The notes beneath the pieces are model-generated. The model saw nothing but the letters and a program-made list of their open reading frames with translations. It was not told the origin of the DNA and searched no databases. Shown in pieces: positions 37,957 to 48,021 of a stretch of DNA of 64,000 nt. This stretch comes from Candidatus Bathyarchaeota archaeon (GTDB lineage: Archaea; Thermoproteota; Bathyarchaeia; 40CM-2-53-6), in NCBI GenBank assembly GCA_963733055.1, contig CAVTBR010000001.1:320001-384000 (forward strand), given 5' to 3'. How positions within the stretch are numbered: position 1 is the first letter of the stretch; the number at the start of each line of letters is the position of its first letter. Position numbers and translations under genes: made by a program.

Positions 37957-39603
37957 TCAAGTCCTCTTCAGCGGTTCGCCGCAGCCGACACAATACTTTC
38001 CTGGATAGGAATTCTTGAACCCGCAACTAGGGCATAAAACTGCTCCGCGCTTCGGAGATCGTTTTATCACATTAACCCCGATAAACAGTGAGGCGATGAG
38101 GAGAATGGCCGCGAGTCCAAGTTCAACAGTAGGGTCCACCACGACCCAGGTAATCGAAGTAGTAGTTGAAGTGACAGTCGAGAGTTGCGTGGCCGCGTAG
38201 TATTGAGACTGCGTCTCTATTGTTCCGCTTGTCGAGAACAGAACGGTCGTCGTCTGCGTATTAGGGACCTGCGTCGTTGATTCCGTGATTATAGTAGCTG
38301 TCTGTGTTGCTGTGTTTGCGATTATGGAGGTACTTGTCACAGGCGTTGTTACCACGTAAGTACTCGTGGTAGTTGTTTTGCTCGTAATCGTGGTCTCCGC
38401 GAATGTCACTTGGAAACTTACCGGAAGATTGGGCATGGTGAAGGCGCAAGTGTTGAACCCTGATTGAGGACCACAAGTGACTCCACTCGTTAGATGATAA
38501 CCCGAAACCACCCATCCCGGGGATGGGGTAGACGTGATCGTGACCATCGACCCGACAACCACTTGGCAGCCCGAGGGGCAATAGGGCGAGACTGCACCTT
38601 GCCCGGTGTAGGTCGTTGTGAGGAGCTGGGTTTCGAAGAAGTTCGCGTTCGCTGAAACCTGATTGTTGGGCATCGTGAACGTGCAAGGGTTTGAACTGAG
38701 CCCACCTGAGCAGGTAACCCCTGTCATGTTCCAGCCAGAGAACGTCCATCCGGGGCCGGGAATAGCGGTTACATTCACTGGTTCCCCTACAGATTGCACG
38801 CAGCCGGATGGGCAAGATGGAGAGACGGATCCTTGTCCGACATATGTGGTCGTGAGGATTGGCGACGCTTGAAGAATGGTTAATGAAATCCTTGAGGATT
38901 GTTGATCGTTAGTCAGATCCTTAAGGTAGAACTGTTGTTGGCCAGGCGGAACCTTTGAAGTCACAAGCATTGAACCCGAAACGTCTCCCTGGGCGTCAGC
39001 TGAGGCTTGGTTCTGGCATGTAGCCGTGCCGTCGTTGTTGGTTGTCAAGCAGGATGCTGCTATGTCGGTCGGAGGAAATCCTGATCCGCGAAACTGAATC
39101 GATTCACCTTGTGAGTAGGAGGTTTTGTCTGTCCAATCAACGTGCAGTTTCGGGCACGGACCTTGTGGGCAACTGATCGTAACGGAGAGTGAAGGAGCTT
39201 GACGCGTTAGTCCTTGAGCCGTGCCAGTAACGGTGATAGTATAGGTTTTGCCGGGTGGGGCTGCCAGGGCGTTGACGACGAGGGTTGTGATGAAGCTGGG
39301 ATTTCCTGAGGGTTGAGCGAAATATGCTGATACCTCGCCGTCTTGCGGTGAAATCTCCGAGGTTAAATTCACAGTTTGAGAGGATCCGGAAACTAATACA
39401 ACAGTTACCTGATCGTACCCTGAACGGTTCGGGGCTACCGAAAGTGAGTACCCACCTAGACTCACGCTGAAATCGAACCCCGCCTGAGCGCTAGCCGCTT
39501 CGTAGGCGTTGACCGCGACCGAAAGGATAGTGAGCGCCAGGAAAACCATCAGAAGGGTTCGGGTCGCGCGATTGATCAAATGCATTTTCCTCGGACGTTG
39601 CAT
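37957..39603 (-). CDS. Surface protein with Ig-like and two InlB-B-like repeats, Thr linker, TM and zinc ribbon
   Basis: Repeat LTTTYxGQGxVSPxCPSGC...PxPGW...CxFTMPN twice; CPSC...CVGC tail. Confidence 0.78.
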   Translation of the reverse strand: MQRPRKMHLINRATRTLLMVFLALTILSVAVNAYEAASAQAGFDFSVSLGGYSLSVAPNRSGYDQVTVVLVSGSSQTVNLTSEISPQDGEVSAYFAQPSGNPSFITTLVVNALAAPPGKTYTITVTGTAQGLTRQAPSLSVTISCPQGPCPKLHVDWTDKTSYSQGESIQFRGSGFPPTDIAASCLTTNNDGTATCQNQASADAQGDVSGSMLVTSKVPPGQQQFYLKDLTNDQQSSRISLTILQASPILTTTYVGQGSVSPSCPSGCVQSVGEPVNVTAIPGPGWTFSGWNMTGVTCSGGLSSNPCTFTMPNNQVSANANFFETQLLTTTYTGQGAVSPYCPSGCQVVVGSMVTITSTPSPGWVVSGYHLTSGVTCGPQSGFNTCAFTMPNLPVSFQVTFAETTITSKTTTTSTYVVTTPVTSTSIIANTATQTATIITESTTQVPNTQTTTVLFSTSGTIETQSQYYAATQLSTVTSTTTSITWVVVDPTVELGLAAILLIASLFIGVNVIKRSPKRGAVLCPSCGFKNSYPGKYCVGCGEPLKRT

Positions 39604-39794
39604 ACATGGGATAGATAGCTCTTTGTCGCTTGATCCCCATGCTTACAAGCCTACCGCAAAGTTCCCTGCCTTCGACAGGTGCATCTTCGCGTAGTTTTCC
39701 TTCGCCCAGCTTGAAACCTCATCTCCTATTCTGTTGCGGTTTTGGACCTGCACGAAGGTTTTTAGCCGCACGTGAAAAGCTCTCTCGGATTAGT

Positions 39795-39903
39795 GGGCCG
39801 GTAGATCAGCCTGGTATGAGCATCGTCAACTAAGAAACGATGCGATCACATCGTCCGCTTGGCATGCGGGAGGTCGCGGGTTCAAATCCCGCCCGGTCCA
39901 CCA
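39795..39903 (+). tRNA. tRNA-Ala(GGC) with one D-stem intron
   Basis: Removing 39819-39849 gives a 78-nt cloverleaf with G3-U70 pair, GGC anticodon and CCA. Confidence 0.9.
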
Positions 39904-40042
39904 CCGCCGAACTTCACTGAGTCCGAACTGTAGATACCCCGATAATTCCGTGCATTGATTGATTGGCCTCGAAGTTTCTGGACCAAGTTGTGAACTCCTT
40001 CCGACCGATAACACACCATACTTATCTAAAATAGGTGAACGC

Positions 40043-41035
40043 ATGTTCGCCCCTGTCGAGGTGAAACGCTTGCCCTCTCATGTGATTGAAGCGAATAGCC
40101 TTGTGAAGTACTATCGGAAGAAGAAGGAACCGGCTCTTGACAACTTGAATCTCGGGATAGATGAGGGCAAGATATTCACGCTTCTTGGAAGAAATGGAGC
40201 GGGAAAAACCACATTCCTTAGAATTGCCACTACTCAGTTGCTACCCACTTCTGGTTCTGTCACGGTCTTCGGACTTGATGTCACGAAAAATGCCAAAGAG
40301 ATACGCCGGAGGGTGGCCATTACTCCGCAGGAAGCCAAGCCTCTCTGGAGCTTGAACGCATACGACCATGTTTTACTCGCGTTGATGATGCGTGGCGAAA
40401 GCCTCGGAGAGGCTTCCGCAAAGGCGAAACGGGTGCTCGAGACAGTAGAGCTAGCTGAGTTCGAGAAGGTAAATTCCGAAGAGCTGTCAGGTGGGCTGAG
40501 GCAAAGAATATTGATTGCAATGACGATCGCCTGCAACGTCGACCTGATGTTCCTTGACGAACCCACAATCGGCCTTGACCCTGTTGGGAGGAGACGGGTA
40601 TGGAACGAATTGATACGACTAAAACGCGACGAAGGAAAGACCATAGTCCTCTCGACGCATTATATGGATGAGGCAGAATCACTTTCTGATGAGTTGGCGA
40701 TAATAGACCATGGTCATGTCCTCGCGCGAGGCACCCCAACTGAGGTGTGCGCGAAACATCTCAGTTCGAGGATCCGGGTCGACGTGGCGGCTGGTTTCAC
40801 AGATGATGAACTGAAATCTTATGGAAAGACGATCAAGGTCGGCAACCTCTCCAGACTTTTTGTCGACGAGAAGATGGCTGAAGAGGTTAGCAGGGAAGCG
40901 TTGAAGCGGAAAGCCACAATTTCAATCGCGCCCGTTACATTGGATGACGTTTTCGTAGAAATAGTAGGCGCGGGCATCGACGAGGAACAGAACGAGGAGA
41001 CAGAAATTCACACGAGAGGAGCATACGAAAGATGA
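40043..41035 (+). CDS. ABC transporter ATP-binding protein (DrrA-like)
   Basis: GRNGAGKTT, LSGG, FLDEPT, STH; start approximate. Confidence 0.93.
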   Translation: MFAPVEVKRLPSHVIEANSLVKYYRKKKEPALDNLNLGIDEGKIFTLLGRNGAGKTTFLRIATTQLLPTSGSVTVFGLDVTKNAKEIRRRVAITPQEAKPLWSLNAYDHVLLALMMRGESLGEASAKAKRVLETVELAEFEKVNSEELSGGLRQRILIAMTIACNVDLMFLDEPTIGLDPVGRRRVWNELIRLKRDEGKTIVLSTHYMDEAESLSDELAIIDHGHVLARGTPTEVCAKHLSSRIRVDVAAGFTDDELKSYGKTIKVGNLSRLFVDEKMAEEVSREALKRKATISIAPVTLDDVFVEIVGAGIDEEQNEETEIHTRGAYER

Positions 41036-41796
41036 GCGAAACCATATCGCAAAGGGTTACGAAGGAATTCCGAACCATAGGGGCGCTCAGTTACTACCTG
41101 GGCATACTTCCTATGATCAGGATTCCAACACTGCTTCCTTTCGTTTTCTCAACACCATTCACAATACTCTTCATACTCTTCGTCACCGGCCATGGAGCAA
41201 CATTCCTTTATGGAATCGCGGGGGCGATAACCATGACAGTGTCCCAGCAGGGCCTCTTCCTCGGAGCGGATTTAACGAATTATAGAATCGAGCACAAATT
41301 TCAAGCAATGGTGGTGGCATCACCCGTATCATCTCTCATCTACATGTTCTCGGTCGCGATGTCAGAACTCGCGTTCGCTGCGCCCGCGCTCGTTATTCTG
41401 ATAGCAATTGTCCCGTTCTTTGCGGCTGCAATCTCTTCAGTAATGATCCTCGAGATACTTGCAGTGGTGTTTCTCACATGGATAACGACGAGTGCCATTG
41501 GTTTCTTCCTTTCGACTTACGTGCTTAACACTCGTACGGCATTTCTCACGGTCGCCTTCATCTCAATCGTGCTTTCAGTTCTACCGCCCGTCTTCTATCC
41601 GCTTCAAACAATACCAGGTCAGCTTAGGTGGCTCGCTGAACTCGTTCCAACTACACATTCCTCAGTTCTAATAGAAAACGCCGTAGGGCTACCATCCACT
41701 ACGCCGCAGGTGCTCCTGAGTTGGCTCGCCCTGCCTGTTTTTACAATTATCTTCCTCTCCCTAGCAATGTTCAAAGCCAAATGGACGGAGAACTAA
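41032..41796 (+). CDS. ABC-2 type permease
   Basis: Six TM helices, PVFYP motif, overlaps ATPase stop. Confidence 0.88.
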   Translation: MSETISQRVTKEFRTIGALSYYLGILPMIRIPTLLPFVFSTPFTILFILFVTGHGATFLYGIAGAITMTVSQQGLFLGADLTNYRIEHKFQAMVVASPVSSLIYMFSVAMSELAFAAPALVILIAIVPFFAAAISSVMILEILAVVFLTWITTSAIGFFLSTYVLNTRTAFLTVAFISIVLSVLPPVFYPLQTIPGQLRWLAELVPTTHSSVLIENAVGLPSTTPQVLLSWLALPVFTIIFLSLAMFKAKWTEN

Positions 41797-41896
41797 AGCA
41801 GCATACCCCGAGGAATCAACGCCGAATTCAAATCCTAAGAGAGTATAAGCCCTGACGAAAGAAACAGCAAACGATGCCGTTCGAGAATTCTGAGGG

Positions 41897-42709
41897 TTGA
41901 GAGATATGGTCGACGACGAAAAAGAAGTGAAACTTCTCGAGTCACTGGGCCTAGCGGCTGCTGAGTCAAAGGTGTACTTGAAATTGCTCTCACAACCCGG
42001 CGGCGAGATGGTGGAGAAGGTAGTGACCGCGTTTGGTATACCTGCGCCCATTGCTGAAGATGCGCTGAAGAGCCTCACAGACAAAGGCCTCGTCAAGATC
42101 TCCAGCAACAGAGTTGAGGTCGTACAACCGCGCCTAGTCCTGCGGAAGATACTCGATCAAAGAAAGAAAACAATGGAAGATCAGATCTCTCACGAAGCAT
42201 CGATTGCACTCGATCTTGAAAAGCTGCTAGAACCCACGTATTGGGAGAACAGGCTTGGAATAAGGCCGGAAGAGATCATCGAACCTCTGCGAGACCTACC
42301 GGACATGGAGCTTCGGACAGCACAAATCCTGAGTAATGCTACTCGGGAGGTATCAATTTTCGCAGAAACCTTCGGTTGGTACGAAAAAGTCCGAGAGTCC
42401 ATCTTCCACGCCCATGATCGCCGCGTCAGCATGAAAGTCCTGATGATGGTGAAAGACTCTTCAACTGAGTTACGGGCGAAAGAATTGCGAGGCCTCGGGA
42501 TACAAGTTCGTCACTGTGCCGAAGAATGGTACCCCGTTAGGGGAACCCTAGTGGACGACCAAGAACTCGTTTTCGTAGTCTGGGCCACAAAGAAAAGTGA
42601 CGTCCCCCGTCCTATCTACTTCCGTCCGAACTACACAAAGAATCAGGGCCTCATCAGAATCTTCCGAGACGCCTTTCAAAAAAGATGGGAAGAAGCGCAG
42701 CCAATCTGA
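41897..42709 (+). CDS. TrmB-family transcriptional regulator
   Basis: LESLGL...ESKVYLKLL wHTH, PLD-like effector domain (LVDDQE). Confidence 0.88.
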   Translation: MRDMVDDEKEVKLLESLGLAAAESKVYLKLLSQPGGEMVEKVVTAFGIPAPIAEDALKSLTDKGLVKISSNRVEVVQPRLVLRKILDQRKKTMEDQISHEASIALDLEKLLEPTYWENRLGIRPEEIIEPLRDLPDMELRTAQILSNATREVSIFAETFGWYEKVRESIFHAHDRRVSMKVLMMVKDSSTELRAKELRGLGIQVRHCAEEWYPVRGTLVDDQELVFVVWATKKSDVPRPIYFRPNYTKNQGLIRIFRDAFQKRWEEAQPI

Positions 42710-42710
42710 A

Positions 42711-43169
42711 TTACAGAGTCACCGCGCACGATCGCGGCTTACCGAACTGGAAGTAGATAGACTCCAACAGACGGATCAAGTATTGGCCATTAGCGCCGTA
42801 CTTTGGTCCAAGTAGGTGACCGTTACATTTACAATCGCTTGCTCCGATTTTCAACAAGACGGGAGAAATATCCAATTCCTTTGAGATTGATCGATTGACT
42901 CTACACTCTAGATGGTCATCAGAGATAACGTATACGGCACCTGTGACGTTGCAATCGGCTTGTGAGGTGAGGTAATCTACATGCCACTTCAGTCTCTTTT
43001 GGTGCCTCATGTGTCTCTCAAGCCTCCCCTCGAGCGAAACGGCGCCGCGTCCCAACGCTGACCCTGTATAGAGATAGTGCCCCTTCCGCAATTTGGCCTG
43101 TCCCAGTTTACCGAACGTTGTAACGCCTGTGTGTTTGCAGCGTACGACGATTGTGTAGGTTCCCTTCAT
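42711..43169 (-). CDS. GIY-YIG (DUF123/Uri) nuclease-like protein
   Basis: GTY...YLYTGSA, LKWHVDYL, GASDCKCNGHL. Confidence 0.85.
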   Translation of the reverse strand: MKGTYTIVVRCKHTGVTTFGKLGQAKLRKGHYLYTGSALGRGAVSLEGRLERHMRHQKRLKWHVDYLTSQADCNVTGAVYVISDDHLECRVNRSISKELDISPVLLKIGASDCKCNGHLLGPKYGANGQYLIRLLESIYFQFGKPRSCAVTL

Positions 43170-43241
43170 TAGCGAATCTTCCTCCGAAGTGCAAATAGGC
43201 AGAAGTATAATCTTGGTCGAAGATAACGGTCATGGACTAAT

Positions 43242-44333
43242 TTGAAGGCATTAGTGCTTGCGGGAGGATACGCGACACGGCTCCGACCGATAAGTTACGC
43301 GTTACCAAAACTGCTCTTTCCCGTGTTTGGCAAGCCAATGATCTACTGGAGTTTAGATCTACTGAAGAGCGTTGGAACAGAGGAAGTGATACTTGGAGTG
43401 AATTATTTGGCGGAGACCCTCCAACGCCAAATCGGGTCGGAATACAGAGGAATGAACATAAAATATTCACTCGAGACCGAACCGCTAGGGACGGCTGGGC
43501 CGATCAAACTCGCCTCAACCAACACGACAATCGATGAGACATTCATCGCGATGAATGGGGACGTAATCGCCCAGATCAACCTTCAAGAGATGCTGAAACA
43601 GCACAAGGAGACGAAAGCGCTAATTACAGATGCGCTCCACGAAGTGAAAGATCCGAGTAGGTTCGGAGTTGTTCAACTGGACGCGGGTCACCTAATCCGG
43701 CGCTTCGTCGAGAAACCAAAACAGACAGACGCACCTAGCCATCTTGTTAACGCCGGAATCTACGTTATCGAGCCAGACGTGTTGCAAATGATAGCTCCCC
43801 AGCGGAGGGTTTCTCTTGAAAGGGAGATATTTCCAACGATTGCCAAAGAGGGAAAGCTCAGCGGGTTCACTTTTTCTGGACACTGGTTTGACATAGGCAA
43901 CCTGATTGATTTCCGCAAGGCTAACCTTGCAATGCTCCTGAACTCCGGACCCACTTCCGCAGAGACGACGAGACGCGCTGACCAAGAAGCGATAATTGGA
44001 AAATCGGTATTCATAGGAGAAAACTCAAGAGTGAGCGGCGGGGCCTCCGTCGGACCCAGAGTCTTATTCGGCAACAACGGTTCGATCGCAAGAGGTGCTA
44101 GAGTCTCGGAATCAATAATATTTGACAGAGTCACGATCGGGGAACGCTCAGTAGTATCCGGGGCAATCCTGGCAAACGACGTTAACGTGGGTAAACGTGC
44201 TAGGATTGGACCGAGATGCGTCATATCGCCTAGCGTAAAGATTGCAGACGGCGTGAAAATTGGGCCGGGGGCAATAATTCATCCTTACAAGGAGATCAAC
44301 AGTAACGTCAGAGCATCTGCCCATGTGATGTGA
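43242..44333 (+). CDS. Sugar-1-phosphate nucleotidyltransferase
   Basis: LAGGYATRLRP, EPLGTAG, VEKP, C-terminal hexapeptide repeats. Confidence 0.92.
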   Translation: MKALVLAGGYATRLRPISYALPKLLFPVFGKPMIYWSLDLLKSVGTEEVILGVNYLAETLQRQIGSEYRGMNIKYSLETEPLGTAGPIKLASTNTTIDETFIAMNGDVIAQINLQEMLKQHKETKALITDALHEVKDPSRFGVVQLDAGHLIRRFVEKPKQTDAPSHLVNAGIYVIEPDVLQMIAPQRRVSLEREIFPTIAKEGKLSGFTFSGHWFDIGNLIDFRKANLAMLLNSGPTSAETTRRADQEAIIGKSVFIGENSRVSGGASVGPRVLFGNNGSIARGARVSESIIFDRVTIGERSVVSGAILANDVNVGKRARIGPRCVISPSVKIADGVKIGPGAIIHPYKEINSNVRASAHVM

Positions 44334-44339
44334 CCTGCA

Positions 44340-45719
44340 ATGTCAGAGGGAAGAAAACTCTTCGGGACAAATGGTGTTCGGGGCGTAGTCAACAAGGAAA
44401 TGAGCTGTGAACTTGCCTTGAAATTGGCACAATCCACTGGAACCTACTTCCGCGGAGCGGATCTGACGGTGGGTTGTGATGGCCGCGTCTCAAGCCCCCT
44501 CTTCTTAGAGATTGTCTGTTCCGGGCTTGCGAGCGTGGGATGTCAGGTTTGGAATCTAGGTATGATAACCACGCCCGGTTTGCAGTTCTTGACGAAAGAT
44601 TGGGGCTTGAAAGGCGGAATCATGATCACGGCTAGCCACAACCCACCTGAATACAATGGCATGAAAGTCATGGGAAACCATGGAGTAGAACTTCCTCACG
44701 AAGAGGAATTGAAGATTGAGAAGATCTACTTCAATTCAAAACTCAACTTAGCGGCTTGGAACCGGATCAAACCACCTTTACCAGTCTCTGAAAAATTCTC
44801 AGGCTATGTCAAATCCATCCTCGAAAATGTCGGTCCAGTGCCGCGAGAAGCGGGGCTGAAGATAGTTGTTGACACAGCAAACGCGGTCAGCGTCCTCTCG
44901 ACCCCTACAATTATCGAAAAATTAGGCGGCCAAGTTTCCCTTGTCAATGGCACTATCGACGGAACGTTTCCCGGCAGACTGCCCGAACCGACACCCGAAC
45001 ACCTCCGCGAGACATCACGAATCGTGCCGAGCCTGCACGCAGATTTTGGTGTGGCACACGACGGAGATGGAGACAGAGCTGTGTTTCTGGATGAGCATGG
45101 AACTGTATGCTGGGGAGACCATACCTTCGCGTTGATAGTCGAAGATTTCCTGCAGAATTATCCCGGCCAGAAAATTGTCACTCCCATAAGTTCCTCTCAG
45201 ATGATCGAGGAAATTGCGGAGAAGTATGGCGGAGAAGTTGTGTATACTCCCGTTGGAAGCGTTTATGTTTCAAACTTGATGCTGAAGATTAACGCGAAGC
45301 TCGGAGGCGAGGAAAACGGCGGCATCTTCTATTCTCCTCACGTCGCAGCACGCGACGGAGGCATAACCACAGCGTGGATCTACAAAATACTTGCCGAGGC
45401 TAGGAAACCACTATCGAAATTGATTTCCAAGCTCCCAAAGTCATACATCGTCAAGGACAAAATCCCTTGTCCCAATTCCATAAAGGAAGGGGTCATGGAA
45501 GCAGTTCGAAACCTTCCACGTAAAGGCAAAGTGTTGGACATCGACGGCATCAAAGTTTGGATACCCCCACGATCTTGGATACTGATACGACCCAGCGGGA
45601 CTGAACCAATCTTCAGAATATTAGCGGAAGCTCCAACGAAAGGACAAGCGCTTCGGATCGTAAATGACTACAAGCTCAAAGTGTCAGGCATCATCAAGAG
45701 ATGCGGAAGAAATGCTTGA
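44340..45719 (+). CDS. Phosphohexomutase (GlmM/PMM-PGM)
   Basis: TASHNP, DGDGDR, GEENGG, RPSGTEP. Confidence 0.94.
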   Translation: MSEGRKLFGTNGVRGVVNKEMSCELALKLAQSTGTYFRGADLTVGCDGRVSSPLFLEIVCSGLASVGCQVWNLGMITTPGLQFLTKDWGLKGGIMITASHNPPEYNGMKVMGNHGVELPHEEELKIEKIYFNSKLNLAAWNRIKPPLPVSEKFSGYVKSILENVGPVPREAGLKIVVDTANAVSVLSTPTIIEKLGGQVSLVNGTIDGTFPGRLPEPTPEHLRETSRIVPSLHADFGVAHDGDGDRAVFLDEHGTVCWGDHTFALIVEDFLQNYPGQKIVTPISSSQMIEEIAEKYGGEVVYTPVGSVYVSNLMLKINAKLGGEENGGIFYSPHVAARDGGITTAWIYKILAEARKPLSKLISKLPKSYIVKDKIPCPNSIKEGVMEAVRNLPRKGKVLDIDGIKVWIPPRSWILIRPSGTEPIFRILAEAPTKGQALRIVNDYKLKVSGIIKRCGRNA

Positions 45720-46716
45720 CGTTCTGCAAGTCGCGACCATCGGTTTCGTGTCCATTGTCTCATTCATCGTCACCTTCGCGACAACGCCGATTGTAGCCAA
45801 AGCAATGAGAGCTCGCGGAATCACGGGTGAAGATGTTCACAAACTGAAGAAGATTGAAGTGCCCGAGATGTGCGGCCTCGCAATAATTATCGGGTTAGTC
45901 GCGGGCGTACTAGCCTCCATTCTTATGTTTCCTGCGGCAACTCGAATCTTTATCGCGTTCATTGGAACGGTGCTGGTGGCAGGAGCGATTGGGGTTTTTG
46001 ACGACCTACGCCCGCTAGGAGCGAGATCCAAGCCGGTACTCACTGCCTTAGCCGGGTTACCAATTATTGCCCTTGGAGCGTACGCTCCGTTTGTTGAGAT
46101 TCCGCTAGTCGGAATGGTCAGGCTCACCATCGTATACCCGCTTCTCATACCAATCGCTATCGCAGTCACCGCCAATTCGATCAACATGATGGACGTAATG
46201 AATGGCGCAATGCCGGGTACGGTCGCCATAATCGCAGCAACCGCTGCCGGGATTCTTCTCTTCTCAGGCAATGTTCAAGGCGGATCTCTTGCGGCCATTC
46301 TATTCGCAGCCATGCTCGCGTTCTTTTACTTCAACAGATTCCCGTCGCGAGTGTTCAGCGGGGACACCGGAAGCCTGTCCGTTGGCGCAGCACTAGGGGC
46401 CCTAGCGATTATAGGAAGGTTGGAAGCTGTAATTATCGTCGCCCTAATCCCCCACATCATGAACTCATTCTATGGGCTCGCGTCGGTACGAGGTTTACGT
46501 GAAAGGCGGGAGATTCTTCAAAGACCCACGAAGCTCCTGGATAATGGATTGTTGCAGGCGAGTACCGAGAAAGGCGCCCCTGTTACTCTCACACGCCTAA
46601 TCCTTGCTTCTGGGCCGTTAGGGGAAAGGCAAATCGTTCGATCAATGATGATTCTAACCGTGGTCTCATCTATACTCGCAATGCTGACCTACTGGATAAC
46701 GGTGGCCGTCAAATGA
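45712..46716 (+). CDS. UDP-GlcNAc:dolichyl-phosphate GlcNAc-1-P transferase (AglH/Alg7-like, MraY family)
   Basis: GEDVHK, GVFDD, NSINMMD, VFSGDTG. Confidence 0.85.
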   Translation: MLDVLQVATIGFVSIVSFIVTFATTPIVAKAMRARGITGEDVHKLKKIEVPEMCGLAIIIGLVAGVLASILMFPAATRIFIAFIGTVLVAGAIGVFDDLRPLGARSKPVLTALAGLPIIALGAYAPFVEIPLVGMVRLTIVYPLLIPIAIAVTANSINMMDVMNGAMPGTVAIIAATAAGILLFSGNVQGGSLAAILFAAMLAFFYFNRFPSRVFSGDTGSLSVGAALGALAIIGRLEAVIIVALIPHIMNSFYGLASVRGLRERREILQRPTKLLDNGLLQASTEKGAPVTLTRLILASGPLGERQIVRSMMILTVVSSILAMLTYWITVAVK

Positions 46717-46964
46717 AGCGACTATTACCCTTAGCGGCAATAGAGATCTTCGTGTGGCTCTTCCTACTGGGGAGCACATACCTAATCTCGAAAGGGACAT
46801 TTGCCATCAACCTTGGAACAGCTACTTTGGTTGAGAGCGTGGCGACACAGACAGCCAGAGTCGTTGCGTCAGGCGGCGTTGTTCTTATCTGGTTACTTGG
46901 ATGGAAGAAGGTCACTGATTGGTATCTAGTTAGAACGCTTTCAAGGAAACGGGCTAACGTTTGA
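46713..46964 (+). CDS. Small two-TM membrane protein
   Basis: ATGA-coupled to the upstream transferase. Confidence 0.6.
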   Translation: MKRLLPLAAIEIFVWLFLLGSTYLISKGTFAINLGTATLVESVATQTARVVASGGVVLIWLLGWKKVTDWYLVRTLSRKRANV

Positions 46965-48021
46965 AGATTCTCTGAACTATTATCTGCAAAGGATCATCCA
47001 TGCTGCGAAGAAGCTTCGTTGATTTTTTCTGGTAGAATTCACGGAAATCAGTGCTCTTGCAGATTGCACTTGTGCGCTGGGCAATACGTCCTGGGTCAAG
47101 AATTCTCTCGACCAACCCGTGATTAATGAGGAACCTTTCGACGAAGGTTGCGTCTCCAGGATAGTATGAGATCACGGGGACGCCAAGCAAGGCTGCTTCG
47201 GCGGTCATTGTTCCACCGCCCCCGAGAAAAACTGAGGAGACACGGAGAAGAGAGATCGCGTCGACAACATGTTCGGGGACGATTACGCGGTTCCCGAATT
47301 TCTTTGTGAGCCGTTCACTTTGCATATCATATCGAGGAAGGATTACGATCTGTGAGGTGTCACCGTTCACTTCGATGATCTTTCCAATTGTCTCCGTAAC
47401 TTTACTTGCGATCGATGAGTGCCGACTTGAAAGGTATGAAGCGTACTCTTCGGGAGTCCTAATGACGATGATTGTCTTCGAAAAATCGAGCTTCAGCGAA
47501 TCTATGGCACGCATGCTACTCTTGTATTTCGAAATCCACGCTACAGGGTCCAAGGCTCGATATCTTATCACGTCTCTCGGTTTGATCCCGTAACGCGTCC
47601 ATGTGCGAATGGGGATAATCCATGGGGTAAACAATTTCTCAGACAGGGGGATTACAAGGCGGCTGACTGCGTCGGCATGTGGTGAGTCGCTGATGCAATA
47701 ATGCGGTATTCCAAGCCCAAACGCAACCCGCGCTGCTTCAGGCGATGAAAATGAAATCGCAACATCGATGCTCTGATCGTCTAAGACCTTGGCGAGTTCA
47801 GATACGCGGTTTGAACTTTCGACGAGTTTATTTTTGAGTTTTTCACCGCCGTGACGCCCAACCGGGGTAGCTTTCAGTCCCCTTAGTTGCAGGAGTTCGG
47901 TGACCTCTCGATATTCACGGGTTGTCAAGAGAATCTTGAAACCCTTAGCCTCAAGCCTGCTCTGAAGCTCCCCTAGGAAGTTTGCTTGTTTGGGTGTAAG
48001 AACGTCCAGCCAGACTTTCAT
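46954..48021 (-). CDS. DUF354 GT-B fold glycosyltransferase-like protein
   Basis: VWLDVLTPKQ, GRHG, GGGTMTAEAALLGVP. Confidence 0.88.
   Translation of the reverse strand: MKVWLDVLTPKQANFLGELQSRLEAKGFKILLTTREYREVTELLQLRGLKATPVGRHGGEKLKNKLVESSNRVSELAKVLDDQSIDVAISFSSPEAARVAFGLGIPHYCISDSPHADAVSRLVIPLSEKLFTPWIIPIRTWTRYGIKPRDVIRYRALDPVAWISKYKSSMRAIDSLKLDFSKTIIVIRTPEEYASYLSSRHSSIASKVTETIGKIIEVNGDTSQIVILPRYDMQSERLTKKFGNRVIVPEHVVDAISLLRVSSVFLGGGGTMTAEAALLGVPVISYYPGDATFVERFLINHGLVERILDPGRIAQRTSAICKSTDFREFYQKKSTKLLRSMDDPLQIIVQRIFKR

Noticed and set aside
42711-43169. GIY-YIG gene as a mobile homing endonuclease
   Set aside because: Matches the common stand-alone archaeal DUF123 type; no mobile context
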